Notes: generated by a model from the letters alone, not told the origin. DNA of 64,000 nucleotides from an uncultured Gemmatimonadaceae bacterium (GCA_963761305.1 CAVXGK010000001.1:1280001-1344000); one strand, 5' to 3'; counted from the stretch's first letter, positions 9,502 through 20,339 are shown. Numbers and translations are program-made.

Positions 9502-10014
9502 CTAGCAGTGCACCCGCGGATTCCAGGGGGCGAAGAGGCCGCTCGGGTTCGAGCGATGGGTCCACACGTGCAGGCCCCACAGCTGGAAGACGTCGTTCTG
9601 CGAGAACTTCTGGCCGAACAGCTCCGGCGGCGTGCCCGTCTTCGGCACGGCGGCGTACGGCACAACGAACTCCACGCCGACGAGGCTCATGTCGCCGTCG
9701 ACGCCCGGCTCGTAGATGAGGACTTCGGGATGGAGCGGATCGAGCGAGCCGTCGAAGAGGGTCGTGTTGCCGAAATGCACGCCCATCGCGCCTTGGTCGC
9801 CGTTCGACATGCAATCGGTGATCGCGATGTTGTAGCCGGCGGCCTTGGCGAGATTGAGGCTGGTGAACGCGTCCATCGAGTTGCGCAGCGATTGGACGTC
9901 AGGCGGCAGCGCCGGCGTTTCGCTCGTCGCATTATCGCTCCCGCAGCCGGCGCCCCACGCCGCCGCGATGGAGATCAGTGTTCCACAGACCGCGCTTCGT
10001 AGACCAATCTTCAT
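9502..10014 (-). CDS. Hypothetical lipoprotein, possibly metal-binding
   Basis: Lipobox GAGC; conserved-looking GAMGVH, PEVLIYEP, LVGVEFVVP and LHVW..NPSGLFAPWNPRVHC; SD GGAG 9 nt upstream. Confidence 0.8.
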   Translation of the reverse strand: MKIGLRSAVCGTLISIAAAWGAGCGSDNATSETPALPPDVQSLRNSMDAFTSLNLAKAAGYNIAITDCMSNGDQGAMGVHFGNTTLFDGSLDPLHPEVLIYEPGVDGDMSLVGVEFVVPYAAVPKTGTPPELFGQKFSQNDVFQLWGLHVWTHRSNPSGLFAPWNPRVHC

Positions 10015-10162
10015 GCTGGTGATCTCCGACATGTGAAAAGTGAAAAGGACTCGAGCGGGTGGGTATCGAGCATGCGCCCGATCCACTGGACGCATGCTCG
10101 ATATCCGACTTCGCTCGTCTCTCTTCGCCTTTCCGTCTCCCCTTGCAACTCCCCTCCCTCGG

Positions 10163-10194
10163 AAAAACGAAGAGCCCCGACTACAGGGCTCTTT
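10163..10194 (-). terminator. Intrinsic terminator-like hairpin
   Basis: AAGAGCCC-N8-GGGCTCTT stem. On the minus strand it runs into TTCGTTTTT, about 45 nt after the stop at 10238. Confidence 0.55.
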
Positions 10195-10237
10195 AAATAC
10201 GACGCCGGTGAAGGAGAGCGGACAGACACATCGTGAG

Positions 10238-11036
10238 TTACTCGGTACGATGCCGTGTTCGTTCGATCCGGTGCCGGCTTCGTTCGATCCGGTGCCGTCT
10301 TCGTTCGATCCGGTGCCGTCTTCGTTCGATCCGGTGCCGTGTTCGTTCGATCCGGTGGCGGCTTCCTTCGATCCGGTGCCGTCGTAGCTCGATCCGCTGC
10401 GGTCGCAGCTTGATCCGGCGCTGTCGTAGTTCGATCCGGTGCTGTCGTAGCTCGATCCGCTGCTGTCGGAGTTCGATCCGCTGTCGCCGGAGTTCGATCC
10501 GTTGTGGTCGAACCACGATCCGTCGGCCTCGTACTTCGTTCCGGCGCGGCCGGAGTTCGATCGTCTGCGGTCTTATGGTGATCCGTTGCGATCGTACGGC
10601 GAGGCCGTGTCGTCTCGCGTCGGTCCGCGGCAACCGGGGATCGATGCTTAGCAAACTGAGCGCGATGTGAGGTCCTGGCGGCGGCCGGTGACGCCGATTG
10701 ACCAACGGCAGTTCGGCTCGCACCGTGCCGCCTCGTGCGCGCGACCCCGGTGAGAGCGAACTGATCGCCGTCGCTCGTCGTCGTGAAACGAGCGGCGACG
10801 GTGCGGGCGCGCGGCGCAACCGACTGAATGCGCAGCTCACCCTGGTGCGCGAGAGTCTTCGTCGGCGTCGCTCGGTCAGTTTGCGACGGAGTGATGGATG
10901 TCGCGATCTCGCCGCTGTAAGCGACGAACGAAATGACGATCAGTGCGATCGTGACGACGTGCATGGCGATGGATTGGAAAGTGGCGACGGATACGCGGCG
11001 TTCGGGCGATCGGCGGTGACCGATGCGAGGCACCTC
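10238..11036 (-). CDS. Possible membrane-anchored heptad-repeat protein (frame and start uncertain)
   Basis: The hydrophobic segment MHVVTIALIVISFVAYS is in the 10011..11066 frame, and the (RIELRRQ)n heptads are in the 10238..10840 frame. The two frames differ by the same +1 shift seen elsewhere in the window. Confidence 0.35.
10245..10595. repeat. 21-bp tandem repeat, 16 units, consensus about TTCGATCCGGTGCCGTCKTMG
   Basis: The GATC core recurs at 10265+21n up to 10580 (GTTC in the 10538 unit). Units are near-identical on the left and degenerate to the right. Confidence 0.92.
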
Positions 11037-11150
11037 TATGCGAGGCCCTCTATAGATGAATCGCACCGCAGCCCGTTTTGCTGCGCGATGTCCGCTCTGG
11101 TGGACGTCGGAGAATCTCCTGATAGGGAGGGGACACTCCGCCGAGCGAAC

Positions 11151-14100
11151 TCAGTGCGAGCGCGATTCTCCCGAACGCCGATGCGAGGCGAGCGCCTTGC
11201 GCGCCTCGTGCACAAACGGTTGCAATTCGGGATCGGCGTCGCGCCACGCGTCGGCGACCAGCGCGTAGCTCGCCATCGCCTCGTCGGTGCGACCGAGCTT
11301 CATCGCGACGCGCGCCCGCTCCAACGTCCACCACACGTCGTCGAACCCGTTGCTGCACGCGCTCGTCCCCGGCCAGCGTCGCTCGAGGCGAGCGGCCGCG
11401 TCGTTGTACCGCTTCTTCGCGATCAGCAGCTGCACGAGCGTCATGCGGTTGTCGTACCAGCACCCGTGCAGCGTGTCGCTGTTGAACATGAACTGCCGGA
11501 GCGCCGACAGCGTGTCGCGTCGGGCGAGCGCGAGGTATGCGCGGCCCGCGGCGATGTTCGCGCGGAGTTCGGCCGCTTCCGATGGCGTGCGCGGCCGGAG
11601 CTGCGCGATCGCGAAGTGATCGATGTAACGCTGAATCGACGCCGTGTCACCGTCCGTCGCCCACCATCCGTACAGCTTGGTGAACTGCGTGCGCGGCAGG
11701 AGATCGAGGATTCGTTTCGCCTCGGCCCGCGCGCTGTCGGCGGGCAGCATCCCGATGCGCGTCATGTTGTAGCGCACGGTCGACCGAAGCCAATGCGCGT
11801 GGGTCATCGTCATGGCTTCCGCCTCGCGCAGATGCCCGCGGAATTGCAGGCCCTGGATGGCCTGCTCGGCGGCGCACGACGGATGCTGTCCGTCCGTCAA
11901 CGCCTCGGCCGGGCGGCGGGCGAGCTCGCGCGCGATCCGGACGATCGTCTCGGCTGAATCCGTAACGTGTCCGAGCAGACGCGACGCAACGCATAGTTGC
12001 TCGGGCGGCAGAGTGTCTACGAGGCGCTGGATATCCAGGGACGCGGCGCGCGACGGATCGAGCAGCACGTCGGCCAGACGGATGAAATCCGACCGCGGTC
12101 CCGACGGCGAGAGCGACAGGTACGCGCGCGCGTAGCGGCGCCCGTCGTGCGCCCCGTCGAGATACGTCGCGAGCCGGATCGGCGTGAGGTACGCAGGCGC
12201 GAACGAGGAGTCGAGCTCGATCGCGTGCTCGTAGTGCTGGAGAATCGACCGTTCGTCGACCTCGCCGAGCACTACGTTGTGCTCGTACCGCATGCGCGCT
12301 TCGGCGTACAGGAAGCACATTTCCGCGTCGTTCGGGTAGCGCCCGAGCGCGTCGGTGAGGAGTGCGATCAGCCGGTGAGCTATCGCGTCCTCTTCGCCGT
12401 ACTTGCCGGTCTGGAGCGCGCGCCGCCACGCGAAGTAGCCGGCACCGAACAGCGAATCGGCGGTCGCGAGCAACCGTTCGCGCGGTCCCAGGCCCCGCTG
12501 AAAACGGCTCGCCTGCAGGAGCAGCAGGAAAGCCGTCGAGTCGGGGATGTTGCTTTTCTGATCGCGCCAGAAACGGACGGCGGCGAGACGGTGATACGCC
12601 AGGGCGAACGTGGAGTCGGTCGCGAGCGCGCCCTCGAAATGGGTCTGCGCCGAATCCCAGAGTGCGGCGCGATAGAACTGTTCGCCGCGCAGATACTCCT
12701 TGAGCGCGGCGAGCGACACGGTCGGCGACGACGTCGCGTGCGCGAGATCGATGTTTCTGGAGCGTCCGATTTCACGAAGCACGGCGACGGTCATCGAGTC
12801 GGACAGACGGTCCATGCGGTCGGCGGCGTCGCGCGCTTGAACCTCGGCGACGGTGCGGCCGGTCGCGACGTCGAGCATGCTCAGCGTGGCGCGGACCGAG
12901 TCACCTGCGGAGAGCAGTCCGCCGAATACCACGAGGCGAGCACCCGTCGCGCGCCCCAGCTCGCGCGCCGACTGCGGGTCAGCGCGGCCGTGCCACCGAT
13001 GAATGACCTGCGACGCCGGGACGGCGCGAATCGGTCCGGCGCCGTCGAGCCCGCGCGACAACACGTCGACGAGTCCTTCCTTCCATATACCGAGCGACGA
13101 CGATTCGACGTCGAACGGCGCGACGGCCACGAGATCATGGTCGAGCGGCGTCGTGCGCTGCGTCCGCATCGCCGCGATGGCGACGAGGCTCGCCGCCGCG
13201 CCGGCGGCGAGGAATCCGATGGCGAGCGGCGCTTTTCGCACGCGGCTCGATTCACGGAGCGCGGCGGCCAGCTCGCCGGCGGTGTCGAATCGATCGTCAC
13301 GCAGCGGCGACATCGCGCGCATCACGACGGCGGCGAGACGGCGCGACACGTACCGATGTAATGGCGCCGGGTCGGCACCGACGCGACCGGCATCGCCCTT
13401 CGCGCTTTGCCCGCGCATGACCGGACGTTGGCCCGTGAGCATCTCGAAGAGCACGCAGCCGAGCGAGTAGACGTCGCTGCGCCCGTCGATGTCGCGCAAG
13501 CCGACGACTTGTTCGGGGCTCATGTACGACGGCGTACCGGGCAACGATGTGCCGCCGGTCGGCTCGTCGCCGCCGTTCGAGATCGCGCGCGCGATGCCGA
13601 AGTCGGCGACGAGCGCGTGTCCTTCCTGCAGCAGGATGTTGGCCGGCTTGATGTCGAGATGGACGACGCCGCGCCGGTGCGCGTAGTCGAGGGCCAGCGC
13701 GACCTCGCGGCCGAGTCGGACCGCCTCGTCGCGCGTGAGACGGCGATCGCGTTTCAGTCGCTCGCGCAGCGACTCGCCCGTGGCGAGCGGCGACACGAAG
13801 TACACGAAGGTCGGCTCTTTGTCGTCGCCCGAGCGCACTTCGCCGGAATCATGAAGCGGCAGGATGTGCGGGTGGGCGAGGCTCGCCGCGATCTCGATCT
13901 CGCGAACGAACCGCGCGCGGTCGATCGAGCGCGCGATGTTCGAGTGCACCGCTTTGACGGCGACCCGCCGCGCGTGTCGGAGATCGTCGGCCAGGTACAC
14001 GGTCGCCATGCCGCCGCGTCCGATCTCGCGAACGATCCGATAGCGGCCGCCCAACTCGCCCGGCAGCTCCGGCTCGTTGAGGAGCGGCGCATACGCGACG

Positions 14101-14297
14101 GCCGCGGGCGCCGTCAGAAATTCATCGCTCAGGTCGCACGCCGAGAGCAGCGCCATCAACTCGGCCGCCAACTGCGAGTCGCCGCCGCACGCGCGGTCGA
14201 CCCATTCCTCCCGCTCGTCGGGACAAATCTCCAGCGCCGCGTCGAGGAGTGGGTCCAGCACACTCCATTGCTCGCGGGAGAGCGGTGCGCGGCTCAT
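11151..14297 (-). CDS. Hanks-type Ser/Thr protein kinase with TM, TolB_N-like and TPR-like regions
   Basis: [42 protein letters not shown] and DVYSLG motifs. The start [11 protein letters not shown] overlaps the sigma-factor stop (ATGA). Confidence 0.92.
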   Translation of the reverse strand: MSRAPLSREQWSVLDPLLDAALEICPDEREEWVDRACGGDSQLAAELMALLSACDLSDEFLTAPAAVAYAPLLNEPELPGELGGRYRIVREIGRGGMATVYLADDLRHARRVAVKAVHSNIARSIDRARFVREIEIAASLAHPHILPLHDSGEVRSGDDKEPTFVYFVSPLATGESLRERLKRDRRLTRDEAVRLGREVALALDYAHRRGVVHLDIKPANILLQEGHALVADFGIARAISNGGDEPTGGTSLPGTPSYMSPEQVVGLRDIDGRSDVYSLGCVLFEMLTGQRPVMRGQSAKGDAGRVGADPAPLHRYVSRRLAAVVMRAMSPLRDDRFDTAGELAAALRESSRVRKAPLAIGFLAAGAAASLVAIAAMRTQRTTPLDHDLVAVAPFDVESSSLGIWKEGLVDVLSRGLDGAGPIRAVPASQVIHRWHGRADPQSARELGRATGARLVVFGGLLSAGDSVRATLSMLDVATGRTVAEVQARDAADRMDRLSDSMTVAVLREIGRSRNIDLAHATSSPTVSLAALKEYLRGEQFYRAALWDSAQTHFEGALATDSTFALAYHRLAAVRFWRDQKSNIPDSTAFLLLLQASRFQRGLGPRERLLATADSLFGAGYFAWRRALQTGKYGEEDAIAHRLIALLTDALGRYPNDAEMCFLYAEARMRYEHNVVLGEVDERSILQHYEHAIELDSSFAPAYLTPIRLATYLDGAHDGRRYARAYLSLSPSGPRSDFIRLADVLLDPSRAASLDIQRLVDTLPPEQLCVASRLLGHVTDSAETIVRIARELARRPAEALTDGQHPSCAAEQAIQGLQFRGHLREAEAMTMTHAHWLRSTVRYNMTRIGMLPADSARAEAKRILDLLPRTQFTKLYGWWATDGDTASIQRYIDHFAIAQLRPRTPSEAAELRANIAAGRAYLALARRDTLSALRQFMFNSDTLHGCWYDNRMTLVQLLIAKKRYNDAAARLERRWPGTSACSNGFDDVWWTLERARVAMKLGRTDEAMASYALVADAWRDADPELQPFVHEARKALASHRRSGESRSH

Positions 14298-14935
14298 CGT
14301 CCGGCGGTCGCGAGGCTCCGATGCTGCCCGGTGTTGGACGGCGGATCGTTGAGCGCGCGGTAGAGGATCGCGCGCGCCTTGGTCCAATCGCGGCGCACCG
14401 TTCGCGCGGTGATGCCGAGACTCTCCGCCGTTTCCTCTTCGGTCATTCCGCCGAAGAACCGGCACTCGACGACGCGCGCCAACCGCTCGTCGATTCGCGC
14501 GAGATCGTTGAGCGCCTCGTCCAGCTCGAGCAGCGACTCGGGATCGTGACCGCCATCGACGAGTCCGTCGTCGAGCGTGATCGGCCGCTGCGTTCCACCG
14601 CGCTTGTCGGCGGTGCGACGTCGAGCGCGGTCGACGAGAATGTGGCGCATCGCGATCGCGGCGACGCTCAGGAAGTGCGCACGGTTCTGCCAGCCCGATC
14701 CTTCGGACCGCGAGAACTTGAGGTACACCTCGTGCACGAGTCCGGTCGCCGACAGCGTGTCGCTGGGGCGGACGGCGAGCTCGCGACGCGCGGTGCGCCG
14801 GAGCTCGTCGTACACGAGCGGGAGGATTTGGTCGAGTGCTTCGGTGCGCCCGGCCCGGAGCTCTTCCCGAAGCTGGGGAACGGCCGCCACGGCGGCGGCC
14901 GACCATGGGGTGGGGGACTGCTTCGGTCTAATCAC
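14294..14935 (-). CDS. ECF-type sigma factor of the kinase-associated class (start uncertain)
   Basis: [16 protein letters not shown]...[14 protein letters not shown]...[24 protein letters not shown]...KRGG...[29 protein letters not shown]. Confidence 0.92.
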   Translation of the reverse strand: MIRPKQSPTPWSAAAVAAVPQLREELRAGRTEALDQILPLVYDELRRTARRELAVRPSDTLSATGLVHEVYLKFSRSEGSGWQNRAHFLSVAAIAMRHILVDRARRRTADKRGGTQRPITLDDGLVDGGHDPESLLELDEALNDLARIDERLARVVECRFFGGMTEEETAESLGITARTVRRDWTKARAILYRALNDPPSNTGQHRSLATAGR

Positions 14936-15242
14936 AGTATGCCAATCAAGAAGTTGACAATAACGACTTGCCCGCCCGCGTCGGCGGTTCGTCACGGGGA
15001 CGGTTGCGTATCCTGGATCCGGGGACCGTGCCGGCGATTCGTCGCCGGCGTCATCGCGCGACGTTCGAGGCTAGGCCCGAGCAGCCGTGAATCGCGACGA
15101 GGTGGAGGTCGATCCGAGCACTGATTCGGCGTCCGTCAGTAATGAATAGTTGCTGCGTCGACAATCAGTGTAGACGGGTCGGCCGCGAAAATCTACTCCT
15201 GCATTCGTCTTTGAATTCGACCTTTCAGAAGCTGAACAAGCG

Positions 15243-15260
15243 TCGTGATTTGCATCACGA
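15243..15260. promoter_or_regulatory. Palindrome TCGTGAT-N4-ATCACGA, resembling a CRP/FNR-family box
   Basis: Perfect 7-bp arms containing GTGA-N6-TCAC, in the lower-GC intergenic region upstream of the ECF gene. Confidence 0.35.
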
Positions 15261-15342
15261 TGGCACCCCATGTACTCGCATCACGAACAGTCCACGTTGC
15301 GTCGCCATACGGAATTTTCGCGGAGAAGCGGACATCGTTCCG

Positions 15343-16110
15343 TCAGATTCGACCCGGCTTGAGCAGCCGGCGCATCTGCTCCCGATACGTGCGCCCGCTC
15401 GTCACGCGGGCGCCGCTCTTCATGACGAAGACGTAATCGCCCTTGAACCACGGTTGAGCTTCGCGAATGTGCGATCGATTCACGATCGCCGATCGGTGCA
15501 CGCGCACGAAGCGATCCGAATCGAGGCGTGCGACCAGCGAGTTCATCGACTCGCGCGCCACCACGGTCTTCGCGCTGCCGCCGAGGTGCAGCCGCACGTC
15601 CTTGCCGACGGCTTCGATCCACTCGACATCGGCATCGTCGAGGAAGACGTGGCGCCCGTCCGTCTTGACGACGAGTTGGTTGTTCGCCCGGCCCCGAACG
15701 CGCGACATCAGCGTCTGGACAGCGGCCTGCACGTCGCCGGCGGGCGCGGCGCGGCGCGCCAGCACGCGTCGCATCGTCGCGGCGAATCGCTCCGCGTCGA
15801 ACGGCTTGAGCAAATAGTCGCACGCGCTCACCTCGAATGCGCGGAGCGCGTACTGGTCGTACGCCGTCACGAACACGATGAGCGGCAGCGCGCGTTCGTC
15901 GAGCGATGCAACGACGTCAAAGCCGTTGACGCGCGGCATCTGCACGTCGAGAAACACGAGCTCGGGCGTGTGCCGCCGCGCCAATTCGATCGCCGACGCG
16001 CCGTCGGCCGCCTCGGCGACGATGTCCACGTCGGGCCATCGCGCGAGAAACGACCGGAGCAGCTCGCGCGCCGGCTCTTCGTCATCGACGATCAACGTGC
16101 GAACGGTCAC
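15343..16110 (-). CDS. LytTR family response regulator
   Basis: REC domain (IVDDE, FLDVQMP, FVTAY, DYLLKP) and LytTR domain (FVRVHRSAIVN, SGRTY). Confidence 0.95.
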   Translation of the reverse strand: MTVRTLIVDDEEPARELLRSFLARWPDVDIVAEAADGASAIELARRHTPELVFLDVQMPRVNGFDVVASLDERALPLIVFVTAYDQYALRAFEVSACDYLLKPFDAERFAATMRRVLARRAAPAGDVQAAVQTLMSRVRGRANNQLVVKTDGRHVFLDDADVEWIEAVGKDVRLHLGGSAKTVVARESMNSLVARLDSDRFVRVHRSAIVNRSHIREAQPWFKGDYVFVMKSGARVTSGRTYREQMRRLLKPGRI

Positions 16111-17273
16111 GGCACCGTCACCGGCTCGGCACGCCTCGCGGTCAGTTGAGCCCGTGCGTGGAATGGGAGCGTGAGCATCACGACGAATTCTCCGTCGCCG
16201 GCGGCCGCGGCGCGAAAGCGGTGCGACGGCCCGTAGAGCTGTCGCAACCGCGCCTCCAGATTCGTCAGCCCGATGCCGCTCGTGGTTGCCGTCGTCGTGG
16301 CGATCGCCGCGCCGTCGTTGCGCACGACGAGCGTCAAGTCATCGTCGCGGCGCGCGGCGCCGATCCAAATGCGACCGCCGTCCGCATTCGGCTCGATGGC
16401 GTGTCGCACGGCGTTCTCCACCAGCGGTTGCAGCACGAGACTCGGCACGAGCGCGTCGAGCAGATTGTCGGGGACCGTGATGTCGGCGCTCAGTCGGCTG
16501 CGAAAGCGAGCGCGCTGGACGTCGAGGTAGCGGCCGACGAACGCCAGCTCATCGCGCAGCGGGATCTCCTGCTGCGCCGTGTGGTCGAGCGATGCGCGGA
16601 GCAAGTCGCCGAGCGCGGAGACGACACCCTGCGCCGCGGCGACGTCGCTCACCATGAGCGACGAGACCGTGTGCAGCGCGTTGAACAGAAAATGCGGCTG
16701 CAGCTGCGTGCGGAGCGAGTTGAGCTCCGCGCGCGCGAGCTGCGCTCTCAGATCGGCCTCGCGGAGTTGGCGCTGGCGAAGGTCGCGATACGAAAGCGTC
16801 GCGTGAAACGCACCCATCGTCATGCCGAAGATCAGCAGGTTGAGCGACGAGGTTCCCAGACCCCACGACCAGAGAAAGGACGCGAGCGGGCGCGCGGCGG
16901 GGCCCGGACCCGGGCCCGCCATTCCGAAAAACTGAAAACCCACGTAGCGAATCACGAGACCGGTCATCGTCGACTGCACCGCGACGTACGCCACGCCCAG
17001 CGCGAGCCATGCCACCAATCGTGGAGCGAGAGACGAGCCCGCGCCGAGGCGAATGTGCCGCCCGATCGCGATGACGAACGGCACGAGCGTCGCCCACACG
17101 ACCCAGTCGAGTGCATTGAGCGCGAACGAATGCGCCCAATTCACCGGCGCGCCGCTCGCACTGCGCCGAATCACGTCCTGCGCGGTGAACAGCAGCGTCA
17201 AGCCGACGGCGCTGGAGAGAACGAGCGTGACGACGCGCGGAACAGCGCGCGAGTCGTGGGACGAGAACGCCAT
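16107..17273 (-). CDS. LytS/YehU-type membrane sensor histidine kinase
   Basis: N-terminal TM helices; QLQPHFLFNALHT, LQPLVENAVRH and GIGLTN motifs; overlaps the regulator start. Confidence 0.93.
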   Translation of the reverse strand: MAFSSHDSRAVPRVVTLVLSSAVGLTLLFTAQDVIRRSASGAPVNWAHSFALNALDWVVWATLVPFVIAIGRHIRLGAGSSLAPRLVAWLALGVAYVAVQSTMTGLVIRYVGFQFFGMAGPGPGPAARPLASFLWSWGLGTSSLNLLIFGMTMGAFHATLSYRDLRQRQLREADLRAQLARAELNSLRTQLQPHFLFNALHTVSSLMVSDVAAAQGVVSALGDLLRASLDHTAQQEIPLRDELAFVGRYLDVQRARFRSRLSADITVPDNLLDALVPSLVLQPLVENAVRHAIEPNADGGRIWIGAARRDDDLTLVVRNDGAAIATTTATTSGIGLTNLEARLRQLYGPSHRFRAAAAGDGEFVVMLTLPFHARAQLTARRAEPVTVP

Positions 17274-17383
17274 TCCGCCAATCTCGGCTCCGGCGCAGGA
17301 GAGCGCAAACGACTCAGCATTCGCACCGGATACCCGTGACTGAAGGCTGCCGTTGCCCTGCCGTACTCTCATTGCTCTCCGCG

Positions 17384-17413
17384 CCCCGTTCGTTCGCCTC
17401 CCGACCCCATTCG
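17384..17413. promoter_or_regulatory. Candidate LytTR-binding direct repeat (CCCCRTTCG x2, 21-bp period)
   Basis: CCCCGTTCG at 17384 and CCCCATTCG at 17405, lying between the LytS/LytTR operon and the divergent MBL gene. Confidence 0.55.
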
Positions 17414-17494
17414 CGCCGAATTCGTTGAGCCAATCGCTGGCGCGGCCCACCTTCCCGGCGAGTGCAGCTCATCCCAGGCTCACGAGGAGTCCTC

Positions 17495-18373
17495 ATGTTG
17501 CCCGTCCGCTGGACGTTCGCGCTCGTCGCGCCGTTGTTCGTGTTCGCCTTCGCCGCATCGTCGCGGCTTGCCCCCAAGCTTCACCTGGAGGAAGTCGGCA
17601 GTGATTCGACGTCGTTCGACGTCGTCGCGACGCTGATCGTCGGACCGACCGAATCGATTCTATGGGATGGGCAATATCACCTGGCCGACGCGAGGCGCAT
17701 GGCCGACGTGATCACGGCGAGCCACACGCGTCTCAAGGCGATCATCATCTCGCACCCGGATCACGACCACTACTCGGGCGTCGCGGCCATCGTCGAGCGC
17801 TTCCCCGGAACGCCGGTGTACATGACGGCGAAAGCGCTCGCGCACTACGACACCACCGCACAGCGGAATTTTCAGGGCGAAAAGGCGCGTCGTCCCGCGG
17901 TGCTTCCCGATAGCCTCGTTCACCCGCACGTGTTGCCGGCGACGCACTTCACCGTGGACGGCGAAGCGGTCGAGGTGATTCCCGATCTCACCGGCGACGT
18001 GATCATCCCGACGAACAGCTTCCTCTGGATTCCGTCCCTGCGCGCCGTGCTCGCCGGCGACATCGTGTTCAACGGCGTTCACCCCTGGCTCGGCAGTTCC
18101 AACGAGGCGTCGCGCACGGCGTGGCGCGCCGCGGTCAAGCGCATCGCCGACATGAAACCGCTCGTCGTCGTCGCGGGGCACAAGAAGGACGTGTCGTCGG
18201 CCGACTCACCGGCATCGCTCGCCTTCATGGACGCCTACCTCGCCGACTTCGACGCGCTGCGAAGGACGTCGGCCGACGGAAACGCGCTCCGCGACGCGAT
18301 GTTCGCCAAGTACTCCAACCTCGGCGTGCCCACGCTGCTCGCCTACAGCGCGCAGGTGGCATACAAGCGGTAA
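17495..18373 (+). CDS. Exported MBL-fold metallo-hydrolase
   Basis: AGGAG SD, signal peptide, ISHPDHDHY metal motif (variant of HxHxDH), LAGDIVF and VAGH. Confidence 0.88.
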   Translation: MLPVRWTFALVAPLFVFAFAASSRLAPKLHLEEVGSDSTSFDVVATLIVGPTESILWDGQYHLADARRMADVITASHTRLKAIIISHPDHDHYSGVAAIVERFPGTPVYMTAKALAHYDTTAQRNFQGEKARRPAVLPDSLVHPHVLPATHFTVDGEAVEVIPDLTGDVIIPTNSFLWIPSLRAVLAGDIVFNGVHPWLGSSNEASRTAWRAAVKRIADMKPLVVVAGHKKDVSSADSPASLAFMDAYLADFDALRRTSADGNALRDAMFAKYSNLGVPTLLAYSAQVAYKR

Positions 18374-18436
18374 CAGCCGGCTGGACTCGACGCTCGAACG
18401 GCGGCAAGATTCCCGCTCCACGGAGGAGCGTGAAGT

Positions 18437-18853
18437 CTGCCTGACGAATCTCGAGCGTCGAGTGCGCCGGCCTCGCTCGGCCTCAAGCTGGGGCGAGCGC
18501 TGCGGCTGCGTTGTCCGCGCTGCGGCGCTGGGGGAATGTGGGCGTCGTGGCTGCGAATGAATCGCAACTGCGCGTCTTGCGGACTCGTGTTCGACCGCGG
18601 TGAACCGGACCACTGGCTCGGCGCGTTCGCCGTCAACTGGGTCGCCGGCGAAGGCATCGCCGCGGCGGTCGCGATCATCATTCTCGTGGTCAAGTGGCCA
18701 AACACGCTCCCGGGAATGATCGTCGGCATCGCGCTGGCGGTCGTCATGCCCCTGCTCTTCTTTCCGTTTTCGCGAACGATCTGGCTCGCGTTCGATCTGC
18801 ACTTCCGCCCGTCCGAGCCCGGCGACATCGCGACGATCGATCGCCGCGCATGA
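18437..18853 (+). CDS. DUF983-like Zn-ribbon membrane protein (start uncertain)
   Basis: RALRLRCPRCGAG...CASCGL..DRGE followed by two TM helices and SRTIWLAFD. The first CxxC lies upstream of the ORF-track start, which requires either a CTG start at 18437 or GTG 18430 plus a +1 error. Confidence 0.75.
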   Translation: MPDESRASSAPASLGLKLGRALRLRCPRCGAGGMWASWLRMNRNCASCGLVFDRGEPDHWLGAFAVNWVAGEGIAAAVAIIILVVKWPNTLPGMIVGIALAVVMPLLFFPFSRTIWLAFDLHFRPSEPGDIATIDRRA

Positions 18854-20339
18854 ACCTCACCGAACTGTTCGACGCGTCGCTCCGGAGACGCGCGGATCGC
18901 GATCGGGCTCGAGTGCATGACCGCCGGTGGCGAGCTGCGAACGCTCACGTTCGGCGAGCTCGAGGCGCGGGCGAATCGTATGGCGCGCGAGCTGACGTCG
19001 CGCGGGCTGACTCGCGGCGACCGGTTGTGCGCTCACCTCGCCAACCGCGTCGAGTTCGTCGATCTCTTTCTCGCCTGCACGCGGCTCGGCGTCGTCCTCG
19101 TGCCGATGAACGTTCTGTATCGCGAGCGGGAGCTGCGGCACATCGTGTCGGACGCGGATCCGAAAGCCGTCGTCGTCGAGCCCACGAGCGACGCGACCTA
19201 TCCCGACGCGGCGCCGCTGTGGGACGTGGCGGCGCTGAGCGACGCCGCGGCTGCGCGCGACAGCAAGCGTCCCGACGCGCACGTGCGAGGCGCCGATCCG
19301 GCGCTCATCGTCTACACGTCCGGCACAACCGGCGCGGCCAAGGGCGCCGTCCTCTCGCACGACAACCTCGCGGCGAACGGCAAGACGCTCGTCTCGGCGT
19401 GGCGCATCACGGAGGCCGATCGCTATCTCGCGATGCTGCCGCTCTTCCACGTCCACGGGCTCGCCAACGGACTTCACAGTTGGCTCATCACCGGATGCCG
19501 CATGCGGCTGCTCGAGCGGTTCGACCATCGCACCACGCCGGCGGTGATGAGCGAATTCAAACCGACGCTCGTGTTCGGCGTGCCGACCATCTACGTGCGT
19601 TTGCTCGATCGGTCGGTGGTGAGTGATGCGCAGGCCCGCGACGTCGGCGCGGCCGCGCGACTGTTCGTCTCCGGATCGGCTCCGCTGCCGGCGCACGTGC
19701 TCGAGGCATTTCACGCACGCTTCGGCCACACGATCCTCGAGCGCTACGGGATGAGCGAGACGCTCATGATCATGAGCAACCCCTATGACGGAGAGCGGAG
19801 ACCCGGTTCAGTCGGGCCGCCGTTGCCCGGCGTGAGCGCGCGCATCGTCGACGACTCGCTTCGTGAGCTCGGCGACGACGAAGTCGGCGAAATCGAGGTC
19901 CGGTCGCCGCACCTCTTCTCGCAGTACTGGCGGCGCCCCGACGCCACGGAAGCGGCGTTCGACGACGGCTGGTTCCGCACCGGCGACGTCGGCGTCCGCT
20001 CCGCCGACGGCTACTACACGCTGCGCGGCCGGCGCGGCGATCTGATCATCAGCGGTGGGTTCAACATCTATCCGCGAGAGATCGAAGAGCTGTTGCTCGA
20101 GGATCCGCGCGTACGCGAAGCCGCGGTGGTCGGCGTATCGGACAGCCTGCGCGGCGAAGTGCCGATCGCGTACGTCGTGAGCGACGACCTCGACGTCGCC
20201 GCGCTCGAAAGCGACGTGTCGCACGCAGCTGGCGTCGTTCAAGATTCCGCGCGCGTTCGTGCGCGTCGACACGCTGCCGCGCACCGCCCTCGGCAAAGTC
20301 CAGAAACATCTACTGCCGAAATGGAACGGGCATAGCTGA
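18850..20339 (+). CDS. AMP-binding acyl-CoA synthetase, malonyl-CoA synthetase-like (+1 frameshifts near 18901 and 20216)
   Basis: YTSGTTGAAKG, ERYGMSET, WFRTGD and DLIISGGFNIYPREIE. The true C-terminus LASFKIPR...LPRTALGKVQK* is in the +1 frame, ending at 20339. Confidence 0.88.

Noticed and set aside
10245..10595. CRISPR array
   Set aside because: Units are contiguous 21-mers with no unique spacers, and there are no cas genes in the window.
10215..11098. Mobile element bounded by the 10-bp inverted repeat AGAGCGGACA/TGTCCGCTCT
   Set aside because: The match is short, with no transposase and no evident target-site duplication.
15071..15271. 66-aa ORF between the LytTR and ECF genes
   Set aside because: No SD, atypical codon usage and no recognisable motif.
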